Positions 16,324 to 25,182 of a stretch of DNA of 64,000 nucleotides are shown in pieces. This stretch comes from a virus. The notes beneath the pieces were generated by a model. The model saw nothing but the letters and a program-made list of their open reading frames with translations. It was not told where the DNA came from and made no database searches. The DNA lies in the IMG/VR virus record IMGVR_UViG_3300045988_151747, one strand, 5' to 3'. The number at the start of each line of letters is the position of its first letter. The first letter of the stretch is position 1. Position numbers and translations under genes: made by a program.

Positions 16324-16800
16324 CTAAGGAGTCTTATTATTGACAGATTTCCCACAGATTTTCAGTATTCTAGCCTTACGGGCATATTCATCACACCATC
16401 TGTTAACAGCATACCTCGGATGTTTTATATCCATGTGCCCCCGTATGTTCTTCGCATAATAAGAGGGAAAATTCCTATCAAGAATACTCTGCATTTCAAT
16501 ACGCAATCTTTCAATTGCTTCATTTTTATACGTATGTTTTTTCCTGTTTACTATATCCCTGCAACATTTGTTATCCACATTGATAACAAGAATCTCAACG
16601 GGGATTTTGTTTTTCATCACCCAGTGTATCCCGTTCATTACAGACCATATCTCGGCAATATTGGAATCCCACGTGCGATTCTTGAACGGCGCCCATATTT
16701 TTACAGTGACTAAATCACAATTAATCCAGAGCGCATAACCGGCTTCTCCAGTAGCAGGATTAACAGAAGCGTCCGAATTGATTGTGCAATAACCTTTCAT
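16324..16800 (-). CDS. RNase H-like protein
   Basis: Candidate DEDD residues in order: NSDAS, IAEIWSV, NVDNK, WCDEYARKA. 158 aa. Confidence 0.55.
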   Translation of the reverse strand: MKGYCTINSDASVNPATGEAGYALWINCDLVTVKIWAPFKNRTWDSNIAEIWSVMNGIHWVMKNKIPVEILVINVDNKCCRDIVNRKKHTYKNEAIERLRIEMQSILDRNFPSYYAKNIRGHMDIKHPRYAVNRWCDEYARKARILKICGKSVNNKTP

Positions 16801-16994
16801 TGTGACGCTCGTATATAAGATGCTACTCTGTTTATTTCTCCAACGGAGGGCTGATACTTCACTCCTTTTTCAGCCTGTATGTGCAGTATAGCCTTATACA
16901 CATAAGGAATGTTTTCCTTGTCATACTGTACTGAATCTTCTTTCATAACAGTCCAGTCAGTTACGTAATTTGTGGTCAAAGCAGTTTCCATCAT
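16797..16994 (-). CDS. hypothetical protein
   Basis: 65-aa ORF with 4-nt overlaps on both sides. Confidence 0.45.
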   Translation of the reverse strand: MMETALTTNYVTDWTVMKEDSVQYDKENIPYVYKAILHIQAEKGVKYQPSVGEINRVASYIRASQ

Positions 16995-17326
16995 ACGATA
17001 AAGTATTTTATAGTAAAATGAGTTTTGGGATAATCTTTTTCAAGGTTCTCGGAACCGAATACGGACACATGGAATCCTTCAAGCGTTTTTTCTATTTTCG
17101 CCCCTATAAGTATTTTGTCCGGTTCGGTGCAGTTTACAACTCCGATGTAACGGTCCTCGGTACAACTTACAATACCCAACCGTCCTCTCAGTTCGGATTC
17201 CGGTATGTTGTTTTTCTCACAATACTCAAACAGATACGTTTCAATTACTGAACGCTGGTCAGCCAATGCCTTTTGCACCAACTTTGAAGAAGCGTCCGAT
17301 GGTTTTTCAATCAATCCTTTTGTCAT
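16991..17326 (-). CDS. hypothetical protein
   Basis: 111-aa ORF in the same-strand array. Confidence 0.5.
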   Translation of the reverse strand: MTKGLIEKPSDASSKLVQKALADQRSVIETYLFEYCEKNNIPESELRGRLGIVSCTEDRYIGVVNCTEPDKILIGAKIEKTLEGFHVSVFGSENLEKDYPKTHFTIKYFIV

Positions 17327-17609
17327 TATAATCTAATTTACGCATTATTATTCTTTCTACATTGTCATTTCTACGGTGTAACTCCGTAAGGCATACAATG
17401 AGTATATCAACCAGTTCTTCCTGAACTTCGGAATACTCCGAAATATGTTCGGAAGAAACATCCTCATTAGCTTTAAGGAGTTCACAAAATTCATCTTTAA
17501 GACTATTTGTACACTCTGCATACCGTTTCATAGGAGCAGACACCTCGGTAATTTTCCCACGTTCAAGCGCACGTTTGTAAGCGTGCTCGGCAATTTCGTT
17601 TATATTCAT
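17307..17609 (-). CDS. MazG-like nucleotide pyrophosphohydrolase (putative)
   Basis: 100-aa all-helical ORF with acidic helices. EFCELLKANED and EELVDILIVCLTEL resemble the MazG EExxE/ExxD metal-binding helices. Confidence 0.45.
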   Translation of the reverse strand: MNINEIAEHAYKRALERGKITEVSAPMKRYAECTNSLKDEFCELLKANEDVSSEHISEYSEVQEELVDILIVCLTELHRRNDNVERIIMRKLDYNDKRID

Positions 17610-17866
17610 CTTTCAAATAATATCCATAAATAATACATATTGAGATTCCCCCTGTCAAGTATCTTGGTAACTCTCAGGGGAGATACAGCCTGAAATTCAA
17701 ATTCAGCCTTGAAAACTCTTAGGACTAAATTATTATGTAGATAGTCCGTATAGTATTCATTTTCCTTTTGCTTTTTCAACTTCACGTACTTACATAAGAA
17801 TATGACAATAAGCAAATCTGTCAGCAGCAAAAGGGCTATTATTCCTATGAGTAACTCAGTAATCAT
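17606..17866 (-). CDS. small membrane protein
   Basis: N-terminal TM helix ITELLIGIIALLLLTDLLIVIFLC. 86 aa. Confidence 0.5.
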   Translation of the reverse strand: MITELLIGIIALLLLTDLLIVIFLCKYVKLKKQKENEYYTDYLHNNLVLRVFKAEFEFQAVSPLRVTKILDRGNLNMYYLWILFER

Positions 17867-18195
17867 AATGTAGGGGCGCTTTTATATATTTCCAATTCTT
17901 CCTTAGTCGGAAACCTGCACTTATCCACAGGGAAACTAGGAATTTCAACAATCTCCAGAGGGTCGGTTTCATCCGGCATCGCTATTGCACTCCCATAGTA
18001 GACGAACATCATCTTTGCTCCGGATTTACTTACATCAACAGGGTCAGCCAGTTCAAACATATATTTGCTTGAACCCAATTGAGCCACTATGTATGTTCCT
18101 TGGTTTACTATGAAACTTTTAGTGACATCATAAAAAGCACCCACTCCGAAAACGGTGGGATTTATAGTTGTTATGTGTTCTTTATCTTCACTCAT
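17863..18195 (-). CDS. hypothetical protein (possible paralogue of 18192-18518)
   Basis: 110 aa. The C-terminal CRFPTKEELEIYKSAPTL resembles the neighbour's CRLLTADEYKQYRRLPLV. Confidence 0.5.
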   Translation of the reverse strand: MSEDKEHITTINPTVFGVGAFYDVTKSFIVNQGTYIVAQLGSSKYMFELADPVDVSKSGAKMMFVYYGSAIAMPDETDPLEIVEIPSFPVDKCRFPTKEELEIYKSAPTL

Positions 18196-18518
18196 ACTAA
18201 TGGTAAACGTCTATATTGTTTATACTCATCTGCTGTAAGCAGCCGACATTCGGAAAGCAAGAACTTTCTGTAACCATACTGTGTAACATCAAATTTCGGG
18301 CAAAACAATGTTCCCGGCTCAATATACACAGGAGTTGAACTTGGAGAGTTTCTTACGTGCACAGGTTTGGAAACCTCAAAAAAGAAATATGTGTCATTTC
18401 TATATGCGTTTACGGCTACTCCGGCAGGAAGCACTGTTTCACCAGCAGGAAGCCACATAGCGCTTCCTCTCAAACCCCTTTCTAATGGGCGTATAAAATC
18501 AGCTATTGAATGTGCCAT
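18192..18518 (-). CDS. hypothetical protein (possible paralogue of 17863-18195)
   Basis: 108 aa. See the neighbouring entry. Confidence 0.5.
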   Translation of the reverse strand: MAHSIADFIRPLERGLRGSAMWLPAGETVLPAGVAVNAYRNDTYFFFEVSKPVHVRNSPSSTPVYIEPGTLFCPKFDVTQYGYRKFLLSECRLLTADEYKQYRRLPLV

Positions 18519-18552
18519 ATTTGTATTAATTGGTTTACTTGAATATACAAAA

Positions 18553-18879
18553 TTATTTTGATTTTACAAAACGCTTGCAACCTTTAAGAAGCATTACATG
18601 GTATTCCGGCAAACCAGCCTTAACCAAATCAAGAATGACTATGTTTATGCCCTCAACCAGTGCATTATAGGAGTTTCCTGTAAACTTGTGCCTGTTTACT
18701 CCCCATAACAGTCTACCCGGAATTTCACTACGGACGGACAAATACCAGTCGGAACCCTCTTGCACACCTTTGATAATTACAGAGTGTGTTCCCAGTGTAC
18801 CCTCGTCACTGTATTCAAAACAAAAATCCCCAGCCGGATTGCTGGGGAGTAACAACGTCAGAAGTTCTACTTCAATCAT
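18553..18879 (-). CDS. hypothetical protein
   Basis: 108-aa ORF downstream of folE. Confidence 0.5.
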   Translation of the reverse strand: MIEVELLTLLLPSNPAGDFCFEYSDEGTLGTHSVIIKGVQEGSDWYLSVRSEIPGRLLWGVNRHKFTGNSYNALVEGINIVILDLVKAGLPEYHVMLLKGCKRFVKSK

Positions 18880-18896
18880 TAACCTAAACCTAATAA

Positions 18897-19568
18897 TTAT
18901 CCAATCGCTATCATTTGGTAAAATTCCTGTTTCAGTTCGCCTTCAAAGAAATCTCCCCCCAAACGACAGGTAACAGTATCAGAATTTATATCCTCAATTC
19001 CTCTCAGTTTCACACAAGTGTGTTCCGCTTTTATGAGAACGGCTACATTGTCCGTATCAAGTATATAACTCAAAGCATAATAAATTTGTTCGCAAAGTCT
19101 TTCCTGAACTTGCGGTCTACGACAGAAAAATTCCACAATACGGTTGATTTTGGAAAGCCCGATAACAGTATTGTTAGGAATATAGGCAATAAAAGCCTCA
19201 CCCATCATAGGAATGAAATGATGCTCGCAAGTCGAGTGAACCTTGATGTGTCGTTCAAGAAGCATACTACTGTAATGCATCTTATTCTGTATAGTGGTTA
19301 TCTTAGGGAAATTATGGTAATCAAGCCCCCAAAATATTTCATCCACATACATACGGGCAATTCTTTTCGGAGTATCCGAAAGCGAATCATCATCCATATC
19401 CAAACCCAATGAGGTCATTATATTATGAACGGATTCCTCAATTACTTTTTTCTTGGAATCGGTATCAAGGGAAGCACTTATTTCCAAAGGGGTTTCAACA
19501 CCATTATTCATAAGTTCCTTATGGACTTTAATCCCAAGTTCATAGTCAGTCTTATTTTTATCCAACAT
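18897..19568 (-). CDS. folE: GTP cyclohydrolase I (FolE)
   Basis: Signature STCEHHFIPMMGEAFIAYIPNNTVIGLSKINRIVEFFCRRPQVQERL closely follows the GCH-I consensus CEHH..P..G.A.VAYIP...V.GLSK..R.V....RR.QVQERL. Confidence 0.92.
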   Translation of the reverse strand: MLDKNKTDYELGIKVHKELMNNGVETPLEISASLDTDSKKKVIEESVHNIMTSLGLDMDDDSLSDTPKRIARMYVDEIFWGLDYHNFPKITTIQNKMHYSSMLLERHIKVHSTCEHHFIPMMGEAFIAYIPNNTVIGLSKINRIVEFFCRRPQVQERLCEQIYYALSYILDTDNVAVLIKAEHTCVKLRGIEDINSDTVTCRLGGDFFEGELKQEFYQMIAIG

Positions 19569-19569
19569 A

Positions 19570-19872
19570 TTAAAGAGCGTCTAAGTCGTTCAACAAGTTT
19601 GCATATTTATCTGGGGAAAACTCATTGTAGTGTTTCTCCATGATTTTTTTCACATCTCTCAAGGAAACTTCCTTGTCGGTAATAACCCTACTAACAGAGA
19701 ATAAATCCGGGCTGTCAAGACAGAAATCCCGTGCATATCCTACGGCAACGGTTCTTGTGGTGTCATAAAAGAAAATGATTCTCTTTCGTTCAACTCCGAC
19801 AGTTCCCTGTCGTACCACATATTCCTTACCATCCTGTGTTATGAACATAGGTTCTTTGTTACGTATATCCAT
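19570..19872 (-). CDS. hypothetical protein
   Basis: 100-aa ORF abutting folE. Confidence 0.5.
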   Translation of the reverse strand: MDIRNKEPMFITQDGKEYVVRQGTVGVERKRIIFFYDTTRTVAVGYARDFCLDSPDLFSVSRVITDKEVSLRDVKKIMEKHYNEFSPDKYANLLNDLDAL

Positions 19873-20150
19873 TACACAGTTTTTACGTTAGTAATCTCGG
19901 CAGTACCTTCTACTTTAATAAAGTCACCTTGTAATGCCCCAAAATACTCAACCATGCCGGCAGGTATCGCAACTCCTGCACCCATAGCCTCGGAATCAGA
20001 TTTTTCCAAACTCCAAAGACGCACATCAGTTTCGGCATATACTCTTAATATAGAATCAGTAGCCTGAACTACTGAATCTGAAACACTGGTGGCGATGTCA
20101 ATGCTCATACATTGCATTACTCGCCCTCTGTTATCAACTCCTGCACCCAT
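19872..20150 (-). CDS. hypothetical protein
   Basis: 92-aa ORF with an internal MGAGV repeat. Confidence 0.45.
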   Translation of the reverse strand: MGAGVDNRGRVMQCMSIDIATSVSDSVVQATDSILRVYAETDVRLWSLEKSDSEAMGAGVAIPAGMVEYFGALQGDFIKVEGTAEITNVKTV

Positions 20151-20186
20151 AGCATAATAATTTTTATTTTCACAAATATATAAAGA

Positions 20187-20669
20187 TTATACGTATTCAC
20201 CTAGTTCAGAGGCCAATATTTTTCGTGCAGAGAATATCCGGCTCTTTACCGTACCCATAGGAATAGATAACTGGTCGGATATTTCTTGGTAGGAAAACCC
20301 ATTCATGTACATGGTAATCGGTTCATTCAGAAAAGGCGGAAGTTTTCTTACCGTTTCGAGAATTTCCTCTTGTACAAGATGGTCGCCACTATTGTCTATA
20401 CGGGTAGATATAGGAGTGAGATTTTCAAAATGATACCGACTGTTCCATCTAACATCATTAATGAAAATATTTCTCATTACAGTAGCAGACCAAGCCCCGA
20501 AAAATGTACCGTCCTCATACTTATCATAGTTTTCCAGTACCTTTAAACAGGTGTCCTGAAATAATTCCTCGGCTACATCCGGGTCTTTACATAGAAATTT
20601 TGCGTATGTGTGTAAACGGGTAAACTGGCTGACAAGTTGTTTACCCACTTCATCCCTCGTCATATTCAT
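20187..20669 (-). CDS. ECF-type RNA polymerase sigma-70 family factor
   Basis: Region 2-like FQDTCLKVLENYDKYEDGTFFGAWSATVMRNIFINDVRW and region 4 HTH YQEISDQLSIPMGTVKSRIFSARKIL. 160 aa. Confidence 0.85.
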   Translation of the reverse strand: MNMTRDEVGKQLVSQFTRLHTYAKFLCKDPDVAEELFQDTCLKVLENYDKYEDGTFFGAWSATVMRNIFINDVRWNSRYHFENLTPISTRIDNSGDHLVQEEILETVRKLPPFLNEPITMYMNGFSYQEISDQLSIPMGTVKSRIFSARKILASELGEYV

Positions 20670-20862
20670 ACGGATTATTATAGTCCACTACTGCATTTCC
20701 CTCCACATACTTCACGTAATAGTACGTATCATTGACTTTTATAAGGGGAATATACTGCCCGTTTGCAAAAGTTCCGGAACGTCTGGGAACATCACCTACA
20801 CAACCCACAACATAGTGGTCTGAGTTATAAAGAACCCAAGATGCAATTTCTTCTACATTCAT
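20650..20862 (-). CDS. hypothetical protein
   Basis: 70-aa ORF in the same-strand array. Confidence 0.45.
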   Translation of the reverse strand: MNVEEIASWVLYNSDHYVVGCVGDVPRRSGTFANGQYIPLIKVNDTYYYVKYVEGNAVVDYNNPYEYDEG

Positions 20863-21164
20863 TGTATCAATAGCATTATAAGATTAATAGATAATTCATT
20901 CTCAATAACTAAATGACTGCCACCCCATACATCTTGCAATGTATCGTCATAACCTATGAGCCGGTAGAAACCGTATCTCTCACCGACTTTTCTACATAGC
21001 AAATGATAATGAGGCTTGGACTTTGGAGCATCGGAACCCAATTCGACAGCATCAGAAAAAGACGGTTCCGTATGACTGTCACCCTGTACCTCTATAATAC
21101 GGTACGGACCTGTAACCACTCCGCAATCATGGTGTACAGTAACAATCATTCCCTCTCTAAGCAT
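20859..21164 (-). CDS. hypothetical protein
   Basis: 101-aa ORF. Confidence 0.5.
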   Translation of the reverse strand: MLREGMIVTVHHDCGVVTGPYRIIEVQGDSHTEPSFSDAVELGSDAPKSKPHYHLLCRKVGERYGFYRLIGYDDTLQDVWGGSHLVIENELSINLIMLLIQ

Positions 21165-21552
21165 ACGGAGTAAGTTTACAGATTAAAACATAGGCATCCT
21201 CGGTATTCTTCATCGGAATGGTTTTCTGAATACTGAACGAGCATCCCAAAGGAATTTTTTCTATATTGTAGAATATCACTTCACAAGAAGCAAAATCCTT
21301 AAAGGACAGACCATCTTCATAAGTATATTCACAGCCGGCAGCTTTAGTAAGAAACATAACAGCCTGTTCGGGAGATATGAAACGGTCGGTTTTCATTTGA
21401 ATCTCTCCACATAGTTTCTCCTTTGCAAACTGCTTTTCGATAACTTTTATTTCATCAAATATTCTCCTGCGCACTACTATGGGAAATTCCTCAATAACCT
21501 CAGTAAAATTTAAACTTAGCTGTGTGACAGTCATAATTCCTAAACTTATCAT
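21157..21552 (-). CDS. hypothetical protein
   Basis: 131-aa ORF, the first gene after the terminator at 21617-21646. Confidence 0.5.
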   Translation of the reverse strand: MISLGIMTVTQLSLNFTEVIEEFPIVVRRRIFDEIKVIEKQFAKEKLCGEIQMKTDRFISPEQAVMFLTKAAGCEYTYEDGLSFKDFASCEVIFYNIEKIPLGCSFSIQKTIPMKNTEDAYVLICKLTPYA

Positions 21553-21616
21553 GGCATTTTGTTTTAGTTACGGTTGAATATACAAAAAATAAGGCATCTT
21601 ACAAAACGCCATAAAA

Positions 21617-21646
21617 TAGGGTGACTACTTCACAGTAACCACCCTA
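21617..21646 (-). terminator. rho-independent terminator
   Basis: TAGGGTG / CACCCTA stem plus an inner TACT / AGTA stem, followed on the minus strand by TTTTATGGCGTTTTGT. Confidence 0.55.
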
Positions 21647-21667
21647 GCACCCGTTTAGAATAAATTT

Positions 21668-22216
21668 TTAGAATTTACTTTCTACATGGAAATATTTTCT
21701 AATCCAGTAGGGACGGTCTTTGTCCTTCAAGTCAGTCAAAGCAAGGTCATAGCAAGCGATAATGTATTTGTCCTTATCATCGCCAATCCATTTCAAGATA
21801 ACACTGTTCTGGTCGGAAGCAGCCTTGTTCATTGCAACATACAATGCCCATTTGTTGTAGTAAGGTTCACATTCAACCCTACCATCATGTTGCTCAACCT
21901 TTTCAAACAGCTCATCGGGGTCACGCCATTTGGGTCCTTTACTACCATCCTGATTCTGAAATGCGGCAACGATTTCCTCGGCTTCATTTTCAGTAAGGAA
22001 GTTATAGTATTTAAGAGTACCCTCATAACATTCAAGAACTTCTTTAGCCATTCTCGGATTTACATCAGCAAGAACAGTGAAAGCCTTTTTAAACGCCAAT
22101 AGGGATATTTTAATATCCTCGGCATCATTTGCTGTGGTAGCCTCATTAAAGACGGAACAGAATTTGTCCATCAATTCATCTTTAGTCATAATCGTCCTAG
22201 TTTTTATTTTCCGCAA
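21668..22216 (-). CDS. hypothetical protein
   Basis: 182-aa ORF. No family assigned with confidence. Confidence 0.55.
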   Translation of the reverse strand: MRKIKTRTIMTKDELMDKFCSVFNEATTANDAEDIKISLLAFKKAFTVLADVNPRMAKEVLECYEGTLKYYNFLTENEAEEIVAAFQNQDGSKGPKWRDPDELFEKVEQHDGRVECEPYYNKWALYVAMNKAASDQNSVILKWIGDDKDKYIIACYDLALTDLKDKDRPYWIRKYFHVESKF

Positions 22217-22543
22217 TTAGGGCAGTTTATCACTTTCGGAGGAACTTGTTGTATCGTCCTCGGCTTGATATATTTTCCCATAACTTTTGGTGTAATAGTA
22301 GTTAAAAACATTAAGAAGAAGCTCAACCCATAATGCCAGATACGCCAAAGTGAATGAGTAAAAGAGGCTGGGAATAACCCCCTGCCCGGTAATGAACAGG
22401 GAGTATCCCAGTGTCGTCCAAAAGGTAAGGCACTTGGAACAATTCAAAACCACGTTCTTTTTACTATGAAAGGTTATGATTTCTGCAAGCCCCAAATGGT
22501 TGAATAGGACGGCTATTAGCATTATGTAGATTAAGTCAATCAT
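22217..22543 (-). CDS. membrane protein (3 predicted TM helices; holin-like topology)
   Basis: Hydrophobic segments IDLIYIMLIAVLFNHLGL, LTFWTTLGYSLFITG and IPSLFYSFTLAYLALWVELLL, with a charged C-terminal tail. Confidence 0.5.
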   Translation of the reverse strand: MIDLIYIMLIAVLFNHLGLAEIITFHSKKNVVLNCSKCLTFWTTLGYSLFITGQGVIPSLFYSFTLAYLALWVELLLNVFNYYYTKSYGKIYQAEDDTTSSSESDKLP

Positions 22544-22545
22544 TC

Positions 22546-22989
22546 TTATTTCTTAGCTACGGCTACAGAAGCGGCTTCTGCTGCGGTAGCAAATGCAATA
22601 GTCACAGGTGTAAGCAAGTTATACCCATGTACGTTTCCGTTACATTTCACATTAGCGGCCGATTCAAGAGTTTCTCCTACTGTAAGAGTAGGTGCGGCTG
22701 TTTCGGCAGTTGCAAAAATAACATCGAAGCTCTCAGTGAACATTCTTGTAAGAGGCCGGCAGCAGCATCTAGGGTTGTTACCTCGTGGCATGTAGGTAAT
22801 ACTACCTTTAGCCAAAATAGTAAGATACGTCATTCCGTTAAGAACTTGCTGGCTGGCTACGGAAAATTTCACGTCAGCCTGTGGTTGAACCGTTGCGTTC
22901 AGACAATAGCATTGGCAAAGGTTCTCGGTTATACTCACCGCATATTGCTGGGAGTTAGCCGAAATTGCAATAGGTGTTACGTTAATCAT
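22546..22989 (-). CDS. cysteine-cluster protein
   Basis: 147 aa with CQCYC and CCC clusters and an Ala-rich tail. Confidence 0.5.
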   Translation of the reverse strand: MINVTPIAISANSQQYAVSITENLCQCYCLNATVQPQADVKFSVASQQVLNGMTYLTILAKGSITYMPRGNNPRCCCRPLTRMFTESFDVIFATAETAAPTLTVGETLESAANVKCNGNVHGYNLLTPVTIAFATAAEAASVAVAKK

Positions 22990-23008
22990 AATCCTTATTC
23001 AATTAGGT

Positions 23009-23257
23009 TTATTTTTTATTTGGGGCTTCTTCCGCCTTGGGTTTTTCCTCGGCAGGTACGTCACCGCCCAAATTCGGTGACTGTATAGGGGCGCTACCCG
23101 GTGTTAGGATAGGGGTCAAAACCTGAATCAGTCCTGAAACAATAGTCTGCATATTCATAAGTAGCTCCTGATTTTTCAGACCTAACTGTACTGCGCAATA
23201 CGCTCTATTACCTATATCACAGGTAGCGCAATTTTTATCACAACCTTCTTTAGCCAT
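23009..23257 (-). CDS. cysteine-cluster protein
   Basis: 82 aa. N-terminal CDKNCATCDIGNRAYC, then a Pro-rich tail. Confidence 0.5.
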   Translation of the reverse strand: MAKEGCDKNCATCDIGNRAYCAVQLGLKNQELLMNMQTIVSGLIQVLTPILTPGSAPIQSPNLGGDVPAEEKPKAEEAPNKK

Positions 23258-23261
23258 AACT

Positions 23262-23465
23262 TTAACTGTTTAAGAAATTAATAATTCCTGCCTTTACAAA
23301 CATATTGGACTTCCATCGTCCTAATGCGGTGGTAAGTTTGCTTGCAGTAACTGCACGCCCTTCTTTGCGATTTTCCTCAATAAATGCATGTACCGCTTTT
23401 CTACATTCTTCTACTTCCTGTTCTGTTTCAGCGTAGATAAACAATTTCATTTCAAATGCCTGCAT
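23262..23465 (-). CDS. hypothetical protein
   Basis: 67-aa ORF. Confidence 0.45.
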   Translation of the reverse strand: MQAFEMKLFIYAETEQEVEECRKAVHAFIEENRKEGRAVTASKLTTALGRWKSNMFVKAGIINFLNS

Positions 23466-23478
23466 AATATTCTAAATT

Positions 23479-23832
23479 TTATTCAGTAGGTAACGGAGGA
23501 ATATCCACGGGAGGTGTGGTCGGAGTATTGATAATCGGCTCACCTTTCCTTATGGATTGTATAAAGTTGAATGTTCTTGTAACATCATCCTGATGTTCGT
23601 TGAACCATCCGAGAATAGTTCCGGCAGTTTCCTTTATCTGTTGGAAAGTAGTAGGTACTACTGGGTCGGTATCTGGCAACTGCATATCTTTAGCAAAGAA
23701 ATCATACATTTCCGTAGCCTTTTTCAAATCACCGTTTGCAATAGCCAGACAGGACATCTTCAATGACATCTTACTACTTGTTCTCAGTCCTTTAAGCATT
23801 TCCAACTTCACTTTATTGTTACTCCAAATCAT
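23479..23832 (-). CDS. hypothetical protein
   Basis: 117-aa ORF with a Pro/Thr-rich C-terminus. Confidence 0.5.
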   Translation of the reverse strand: MIWSNNKVKLEMLKGLRTSSKMSLKMSCLAIANGDLKKATEMYDFFAKDMQLPDTDPVVPTTFQQIKETAGTILGWFNEHQDDVTRTFNFIQSIRKGEPIINTPTTPPVDIPPLPTE

Positions 23833-23882
23833 GTTTAAACGGGTTAAAGGGAGTTCCCCTATTTAGAGAACTCCCGAAGTTT

Positions 23883-24389
23883 TTACTGATTGCATCCGCA
23901 TCCAGTGTTGCAGCAACAAGGCATAGCCGGTTGATACAAAGCTACGGGTTGAGGATTAACCTGTCCGTTTCTTCCGGAACCACCGTTCAGTAACAAAGCC
24001 AAAGCCTCTGCCTGAGCCAAAGCACTTGCATTAGCACCTGCTCCTGCGCCTGCTCCACTTTGTGCATTAGTGATGATACGGATAATATCCAGATTGTTAG
24101 GAGTCTGGTTATTCTGGTGGTTAACTCTCTCAGCACGTTCTGCCAAAGCAGTAGTAGCCAGAATATCAATAGCACGTTGGTTGCCCTTGCTCTGTGAGTT
24201 GGCATAAACACCACCGAAAATCCATGCGCCTACGGCTGCAAGGAGTGCGGTACTACCAATTGCCAGACCTGCGATACCAACACCTGATGGTCGTCTAGCT
24301 GATTTCTCAGCCATCATAAAATGTTCGTAAGAACTCATGTCAGTTCCTTTACCCATGTTAGCGATGGTCATTAATTCTTCCGCTGTCAT
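23883..24389 (-). CDS. membrane-anchored protein with C-terminal cysteine cluster
   Basis: 168 aa. TM segment GVGIAGLAIGSTALLAAVGAWIFGGVYA, a Gly/Ala-rich middle, and the terminal MPCCCNTGCGCNQ. Confidence 0.55.
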   Translation of the reverse strand: MTAEELMTIANMGKGTDMSSYEHFMMAEKSARRPSGVGIAGLAIGSTALLAAVGAWIFGGVYANSQSKGNQRAIDILATTALAERAERVNHQNNQTPNNLDIIRIITNAQSGAGAGAGANASALAQAEALALLLNGGSGRNGQVNPQPVALYQPAMPCCCNTGCGCNQ

Positions 24390-24487
24390 AATAGTAAGTT
24401 TTTAATGATAATTTTTAGAAATCTTCCTCTCATTAGGAATTGGTTCAAAGTTCGCTAAACATTCTCTCTTGGGAAAGGAATAAGTTA

Positions 24488-24796
24488 CTAGCCCTTTACT
24501 TTTTCTTTACTGTCGAACACTTTAGCGTAAACTCTCTCATAGTTCAGATTCACAAAATAACGCTTACGCCTGTATTTAAAGTTATTACGTATAATACATA
24601 CACCCGGACGTGTAAGTCCTGTAAGCTCCGCGATTTTATTATCTGAGAAACTACGGTTGCCCAGTATGTAGACTAGAATGTGTCGGGCATCCACACATTC
24701 CTCACAATTAGAGGTTAGAATCTTATCCTTGGAGATTCCTGTAACTTCTTCAACGACGCTCATTATGCGGTCGTACATTTCAATCATGGTATTCAT
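24488..24796 (-). CDS. HTH protein resembling the DnaA C-terminal DNA-binding domain
   Basis: Pattern EEVTGISKDKILTSNCEECVDARHILVYILGNRSFSDNKIAELTGLTRPGV resembles DnaA domain IV (..AR.IAMYL...T..S...IG..). Confidence 0.45.
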   Translation of the reverse strand: MNTMIEMYDRIMSVVEEVTGISKDKILTSNCEECVDARHILVYILGNRSFSDNKIAELTGLTRPGVCIIRNNFKYRRKRYFVNLNYERVYAKVFDSKEKVKG

Positions 24797-24834
24797 TTTA
24801 TATTCCAGTTAAACCTTTCTCTTAACTAATTTGT

Positions 24835-24842
24835 TACCTTTG
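24835..24842 (+). promoter_or_regulatory. -7 box TACCTTTG for the plus-strand LuxR-type gene
   Basis: Exact TAnnTTTG on the plus strand, 19 nt upstream of the ATG at 24862. Confidence 0.45.
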
Positions 24843-24853
24843 TAATAACACCC

Positions 24854-24861
24854 CAAAAGTA
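24854..24861 (-). promoter_or_regulatory. -7 box TACTTTTG for the divergent minus-strand HTH gene
   Basis: Exact TAnnTTTG on the minus strand, 58 nt upstream of the ATG at 24796. It is back-to-back with the plus-strand box. Confidence 0.45.
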
Positions 24862-25182
24862 ATGTATATAAAAAACCCAGTCAATGACGTAAATACATCA
24901 TATTTCAGTGAAGCTGAATTAAGAGTAGTGAAATTATTAGCCAGTGGCTCGTCTGAGAAGGAGATTGCTGACAGGCTATGTATCTCACGCCACACTGTTG
25001 ACAACCATCTGAGGAATATTAGGGAGAGATTCGGCTTGCATAAGAATACGGAGATTATACTTCTGTATATTGCACAATTGAACCACAAACCATTCTCATT
25101 AGCCAATATAAAACAATATGGTCTTGAAGTAATCCTTGTGCTGGTGAATATCTGTACTTATACCGATTTGAAAAGTCTGTAA
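24862..25182 (+). CDS. LuxR/GerE-type HTH transcriptional regulator
   Basis: Signature SEAELRVVKLLASGSSEKEIADRLCISRHTVDNHLRNIRERFG. This is the only convincing plus-strand gene in the window. Confidence 0.8.
   Translation: MYIKNPVNDVNTSYFSEAELRVVKLLASGSSEKEIADRLCISRHTVDNHLRNIRERFGLHKNTEIILLYIAQLNHKPFSLANIKQYGLEVILVLVNICTYTDLKSL

Noticed and set aside
24834-25106. Minus-strand 90-aa ORF antisense to the LuxR-type gene
   Set aside because: The plus-strand frame carries an unmistakable GerE/LuxR HTH signature. The antisense ORF has no motif and would break the promoter geometry.
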